From Macrostomum lignano (taxonomy: Eukaryota): DNA of 64,000 nucleotides. The notes beneath the pieces are model-generated. The model did no database searches. It was not told the DNA's origin and saw nothing but the letters and a program-made list of their open reading frames with translations. This document shows positions 59,550 through 64,000 of the stretch, in pieces. Position 1 is the stretch's first letter. Every line of letters begins with the position of its first letter. The translations under genes and the position numbers were made by a program. The DNA lies in assembly GCA_002269645.1 (NCBI GenBank), contig NIVC01001784.1:85301-149300 (forward strand), written 5' to 3'.

Positions 59550-60065
59550 AAGGAGTGCTGAGTCAGGAGTGGAGAGTCAGGACTGGAGAGTCAGGGGTGC
59601 TCAGTCAGGAGTCGAGAGTCAGGGGTGCTCAGTCAGGAGTCGAGAGTCAGGAGTCGAGAGTCAGGAGTCGAGAGTCAGGAGTCGAGAGTCAGGAGTCGAG
59701 AGTCAGGAGTCGAGAGTCAGGAGTCGAGAGTCAGGAGTCGAGAGTCAGGAGTCGAGAGTCAGGAGTCGAGAGTCAGGAGTCGAGAGTCAGGAGTCGAGAG
59801 TCAGGGGTGCTCAGTCAGGAGTCGAGAGTCAGGAGTCGAGAGTCAGGAGTCGAGAGTCAGGAGTCGAGAGTCAGGAGTCGAGAGTCAGGAGTCGAGAGTC
59901 AGGAGTCGAGAGTCAGGAGTCGAGAGTCAGGAGTCGAGAGTCAGGAGTCGAGAGTCAGGAGTCGAGAGTCAGGAGTCGAGAGTCAGGAGTCGAGATCGTC
60001 AGGAGTCGAGAGTCAGGAATCGAGAGTCAGGAGTCGAGAGTCAGGAGTCTCCAAAGTCAGGAGTC
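59550..60065. repeat. 14-bp minisatellite (GAGTCGAGAGTCAG)n
   Basis: Direct tandem copies. Confidence 0.97.
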
Positions 60066-60164
60066 TAGTTGCGTACATGTCTCACTCAAGCTGTTTTCGC
60101 CATAAAAATTTTAGCATTGCTGTGCATCGAGAGAATGCACACACAAACCCATCTCTTATTAACA

Positions 60165-60306
60165 CAATCTGGAGCGGAAACGAGTTTTACCTCATGAGGC
60201 CACGCAAATTGTTAAGATAAGGAGCCAGCACTGAATGTCTATGGCACTGTCTATGCTAGTCTGGCCTCATGCGGTAAAAGTGAAAAACTCGTTTCCACTC
60301 CAGGTT
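60165..60306. repeat. Short foldback with ~37-44-bp imperfect inverted arms
   Basis: CAATCTGGAGCGGAAACGAGTTTT..ACCTCATGAGGCC versus GGCCTCATGCGGT....AAAACTCGTTTCCACTCCAGGTTG. Confidence 0.7.
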
Positions 60307-60869
60307 GCTAATTATAGAACTCCTTGGCTTGAGCCTTGAGGCAAATCGGCAAGAATAAAAGTGCATCTCTGATTCCTTAGAGAGAATCCACATTCTCCTG
60401 ACGACTGTGCATGAAGCCACTTCAAGCATTGCATTAAGCCCGAGATGCCGAGACACCGGTCGCCTCGGAGTCTTTCAGAATTCTTCAATAGCGTCTCTTT
60501 GACATTATATTAGAGACGTGAGGAAGTCTACTCAAGCAAGACAGAGTGAGTGAAGATGTTAGAGCGTTTTACACGGCCAGACAGAGACAATTTTTTCTTC
60601 AGCGAAGAGGCAGGTGATTAAACAAAGGATCAGGCCTTCCTCCATCTGAGGTGCTGGGGTTCAAGTCAGGCAAAAAACGTTTTTCCCAATGCTTAACTGT
60701 TGATCGATGAAATGGAAAACTTTTGAAACCCCCTGGCCTGGTTTCCATGGCTACCACTGCGGGGGAAGGCGCGGGCGGGGGCAGCCATACCAGTAAGCTG
60801 TCCATGGCATTGACTGTACAGTGGATTGAGAAACAACTTTTTTTTCAGGAAATTTCTGCTTCAAAAAAT

Positions 60870-61165
60870 AATATTAGTTGACTATTACACCTGCCCTAAT
60901 GGCCAGATGTGCAACCGACAGCTCAGCCGCAGCCATTGCGCGGCGCATCTGAAGGCTGCGTACGGCTGTTCAGTCCAAGGACTGGGGGTCGCCACACACC
61001 TTCAGTTACCCCAGCTAATGCTGGCACTCATTTTAAAGCCTGGTGAACTAAAGCAATGCAGAGCTAATTGTCTTGCTCAAGGGCACAATTGTTCCGAGTG
61101 GGATCGGGAATCGAACCCCCAGCCTCCAGTCGTAAATCCGACGCTCTATCACTTAGGCTACAACC
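60870..61165 (-). mobile_element. tRNA-derived SINE, copy 3
   Basis: Near-identical body to copy 2; B-box GGTTCGATTCCC on the minus strand. Confidence 0.85.
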
Positions 61166-61194
61166 CACCCCTAGGCTACAACCCACCCCTAGGC

Positions 61195-61586
61195 CAGGGG
61201 CGTAGCCAGAGGGGGGGGGGCAAGGGGGGCCGTGGCCCCCCATAATCACCAACTCTGGCCTTGGCGCCCCCTCCCCTAAAAGAAACTGGCGCCCCCCCCT
61301 ATAAGAAACTGGCGCCCCCCCTAAAAGAAACTGGCGCCCCCCCCTAAAAGAAACTGGCGCCCCCTATAAGAAACTGGCGCCTCCCTAAAAGAAACTGGCG
61401 CCCCCCCGTCCTAAAAGAAACTGGCGCCCCCCTCCTAAAAGAAACTGGCGGCCCCTAAAAGAAACTGGCGTCCCCCTAAAAGAAACTGGCGCCCCCCCCC
61501 TAAACGAAACTGGCGCCCCTCCTATAAGAAGCTGGCACCCCCTAACTCACGGCCCCCCCCAATCAAAATTCCTGGCTACGCCCCTG
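61195..61586. mobile_element. hAT-type non-autonomous MITE (392 bp) with internal 22-bp GGCGCC repeats
   Basis: Perfect 15-bp TIRs CAGGGGCGTAGCCAG / CTGGCTACGCCCCTG. 8-bp TSD CCCTAGGC at 61187-61194 and 61587-61594. Confidence 0.92.
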
Positions 61587-62689
61587 CCCTAGGCTACAAC
61601 CCACCCTAGGCTACAACCCACCCTAGGCTACAACCCACCCTAGACTACATCGCACCCCTAGGCTACAACCCACCACTAGATATCCAGTTTTTGTTGAAGT
61701 TGCAATGAGTATTTAAAGCCAAACACTTCGTTGCGTTGACAGTTCTAGAAATAAATATTCAAGCGATTTTGTATACTTGTTTCAACTACGTAAATTTGGA
61801 CCAGACTCGTAACTTACAGAATCAAGTGATGTAACCACGCTCTGGTCGCGGGATAGGGCATGGGAACTTTTTCGAAAGTGCCTCCTATCCCGTGCACCCT
61901 CTGCACAGAGCTGTCGAGACTCGGCCAGGCCTCCGACCGGGCCTGGAGACTCCCGCTCTGCTGCACCCCTCCTGCTGCCTTGGTCCCGTCTCTCCTGCCG
62001 CCACACCTGCCTTTCCGGAGCCCCCTACCCCTTTCTGTACCTCCCCCTCTACCCTATCTCTTCTGTTTCCGCCCTATTCTTCCTGTACTTTCTCTATCTC
62101 CTCTCTTTTTTTTTGTCTCCCTCTGCACTCTTTTCCTGCGCTGCCCCCCTCCTTCTCTGTGTCTACTTACAGTATTTTGTGTGCTCACCGTCTCCCCATC
62201 CCCTCCCAAACTCCCAAACGGTGACGCAAGTCGTGTGACCCCTTCTTCCCCCCGATGACTCATCGATGACTCATCCCCCTCTCTTGCGCAACCTTTTCTC
62301 ACGCCATTGTTCTCCTCCCCAAATTTCTCATGCGACACCCACCCCACCTCCGCTTCTATTGTTCTCGTTTTTGCTTCTTTTGTTCTCTCGACCCCACCAA
62401 TTATCACATTTTCTCCGATTTTCTCTTTCTTTTGTTCTCGTTTTCGCACCTAATTATCACCTTTTCTCCAATGTTTACTTTTCCATTGTTCTCAGTTTTC
62501 CCCAATTATCCCCGATTTCCAATTCCTTTGTTCTCGACCCCAGCCCTATTGTTCTCAATGTTTGCTTGCGCAACACTTTCGCGACCACCCGCTGCGCCAA
62601 TTATCCCCCCACCCCACCTCCGGATTGCGCAATTTCCCTATTTCTCATGTTGCTATGCCGGTCTCATGCTTCTCATCATGACTCATTCT

Positions 62690-62800
62690 GACGTCATTCT
62701 GCCGGCAGCCAATCAGAGAGAGGGAGCCATGGTAACGACCTTGAGGAGGCGGCTGTGAGGTCTATAAAAGGAAGCGATTTCGGCATGAGAATCCTCAACC
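62690..62800 (+). promoter_or_regulatory. Pol II promoter-like cluster (CRE-like TGACGTCA, CCAAT box, TATA box), probably from a retroelement terminal repeat
   Basis: TGACGTCA at ~62689-62696, AGCCAATCAG at ~62708-62717 and CTATAAAAGG at ~62763-62772, in canonical order. No gene assigned downstream. Confidence 0.4.
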
Positions 62801-64000
62801 TTTCTCTCTCCTCGTCCTTCTTTGACTTGCAGTCAGATTGAGTTCTGACCCATTCGTCTATAAGACGAATCCCTGCCGGTCCGCGGTCTGTTACCGCCAA
62901 GTTATCCTTAGCTCCCAAGTGAGCTCGCCTATCGGCCAGCGGTCTGATACCGCCCAGCATCATCAGCATCGCCTGATCTACATCAGCGCCTCGTCGCTCC
63001 AGCGCATCGCCGCTTCACTGTCTGCCTGACTGCAGCCTACAGCCGCCCTCGGTCACTCCGCTCTCTCTCTCTCTGTGCAGCTGCCGGTAAGTTCCTGTTA
63101 CTAATTTGTGCTCTAATTGCCTTTGCTTATCCGGGGTTTGCCTATTTTCCATTGTCTGATTAGAGAGCTGAGGCCAATTGTGATACCGTATCTTTTGCTG
63201 TATTTTACTCAATAGTGAAGCCGCCTAATTGCCTGATTATTCGCCTAAGGGCCTAATTATTAACTATTAACTAACTTCATCATTATTCAATCTTTCACCA
63301 TCATTTCACTCATGGCTTGCTAAGCCTTTCTCCCGGGTGGCAAGCATAAGGGAGTTTGGGTAAGCTAATGGCCTCTCCGTGCAAAGCCCGCCTGTGAGTG
63401 CGTGCTGCGGGCCGCGTGTGCGTGCAGTAGAGGGATTAGCGAGTCTTGGCACAGAATGGCAGTAGGAAGGTTGCAACCCATGCTGACGCGTCCCTTCGCC
63501 CTGAGCAATCTAAACTAGAGACAGTACATGTTCGCCTCATACTACTCTTAGTAATCAAAGTCGCAAGTCAGCCTCGCTCACAGCCACAAAGGATCCCCTG
63601 CTGAGAAATCCTCCAGGATTGAGCCAGAGTTCCCGATCATGCCCCAAGCAGAGTCCCTGTACTCGGCTGCATGCGTCTCCCCTGTTAGCCTAAATCCCTG
63701 GTAACCAATCCAGGCGGGCTCTAGCCTCGAGAGGTCTGGTAGAAAGATCCAGGTGCGCCAGGTCACATAGAGTGGTGGCAGCCACTCGGTCATACCATGA
63801 CGAGTGACCAACTATTGCACCTTGGCTACAGGTGGGGTCCATGTGGGTCCTTGGCCCTCTGGTCACGAAGCGCTACCAAAAGCTACTAATCATGTGGGCG
63901 GGACAGTCTGGTGCTGGAGGTCCGTCAGGTCGTTGCCCGGTCATAGGCAGCCTACGGTCATTGCCCCCTCTAGTCATGCGTTCGTCTCTCTACGGAGCGG

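Noticed and set aside
3420-61680. Regular repeats as possible CRISPR arrays
   Set aside because: Units are head-to-tail with no unique spacers, there are no cas genes, and the context is eukaryotic.
56706-61891. Isolated short hairpins (e.g. GCCTCAGGC..GCCTGAGGC at ~56716; CGGGATAGG..CCTATCCCG at ~61848)
   Set aside because: Stems of 9 bp or less are expected by chance in 64 kb, and there is no supporting context.
63440-64000. GC-richer segment as a possible retroelement ORF
   Set aside because: Only short ORFs, with no RT, integrase or gag motif recognisable within the window.

Overview
Eukaryotic (metazoan) genomic DNA. GC-rich exons are separated by GT-AG introns packed with minisatellites, a style most consistent with a lophotrochozoan such as the flatworm Macrostomum lignano (inference, not verified). 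I reconstructed six protein-coding genes by hand with phase-consistent splice sites: the 3' part of a DEG/ENaC channel (+), an intronless ADAT2 (-), NADPH-cytochrome P450 reductase POR (+), a secreted CAP/SCP-EGF-ShKT-like protein (-), FKBP15 (-, 15 exons placed, 5' end unresolved) and a MATE/SLC47 transporter (+, 3' end unresolved). Mobile elements: three copies of one tRNA-derived SINE (one interrupted by an RTE-type LINE fragment), a solo LTR with ATAT TSD, an internally deleted mariner with TA TSD, a hAT-type MITE with 8-bp TSD and a possible Helitron-like element. There is no CRISPR array, rRNA or true tRNA gene, and most long ORFs in the supplied track are tandem-repeat artefacts. The most interesting leads are: near-identical inverted 72-bp arrays hugging an in-frame 1878-nt block of FKBP15 exons (circRNA or exon-skipping candidate); a POR minisatellite whose unit looks like a mini-intron and starts exactly at a splice donor; gene-local minisatellite families; a pseudoknot-like SINE 3' domain; and acceptor-AG-ATG starts suggesting spliced-leader trans-splicing.
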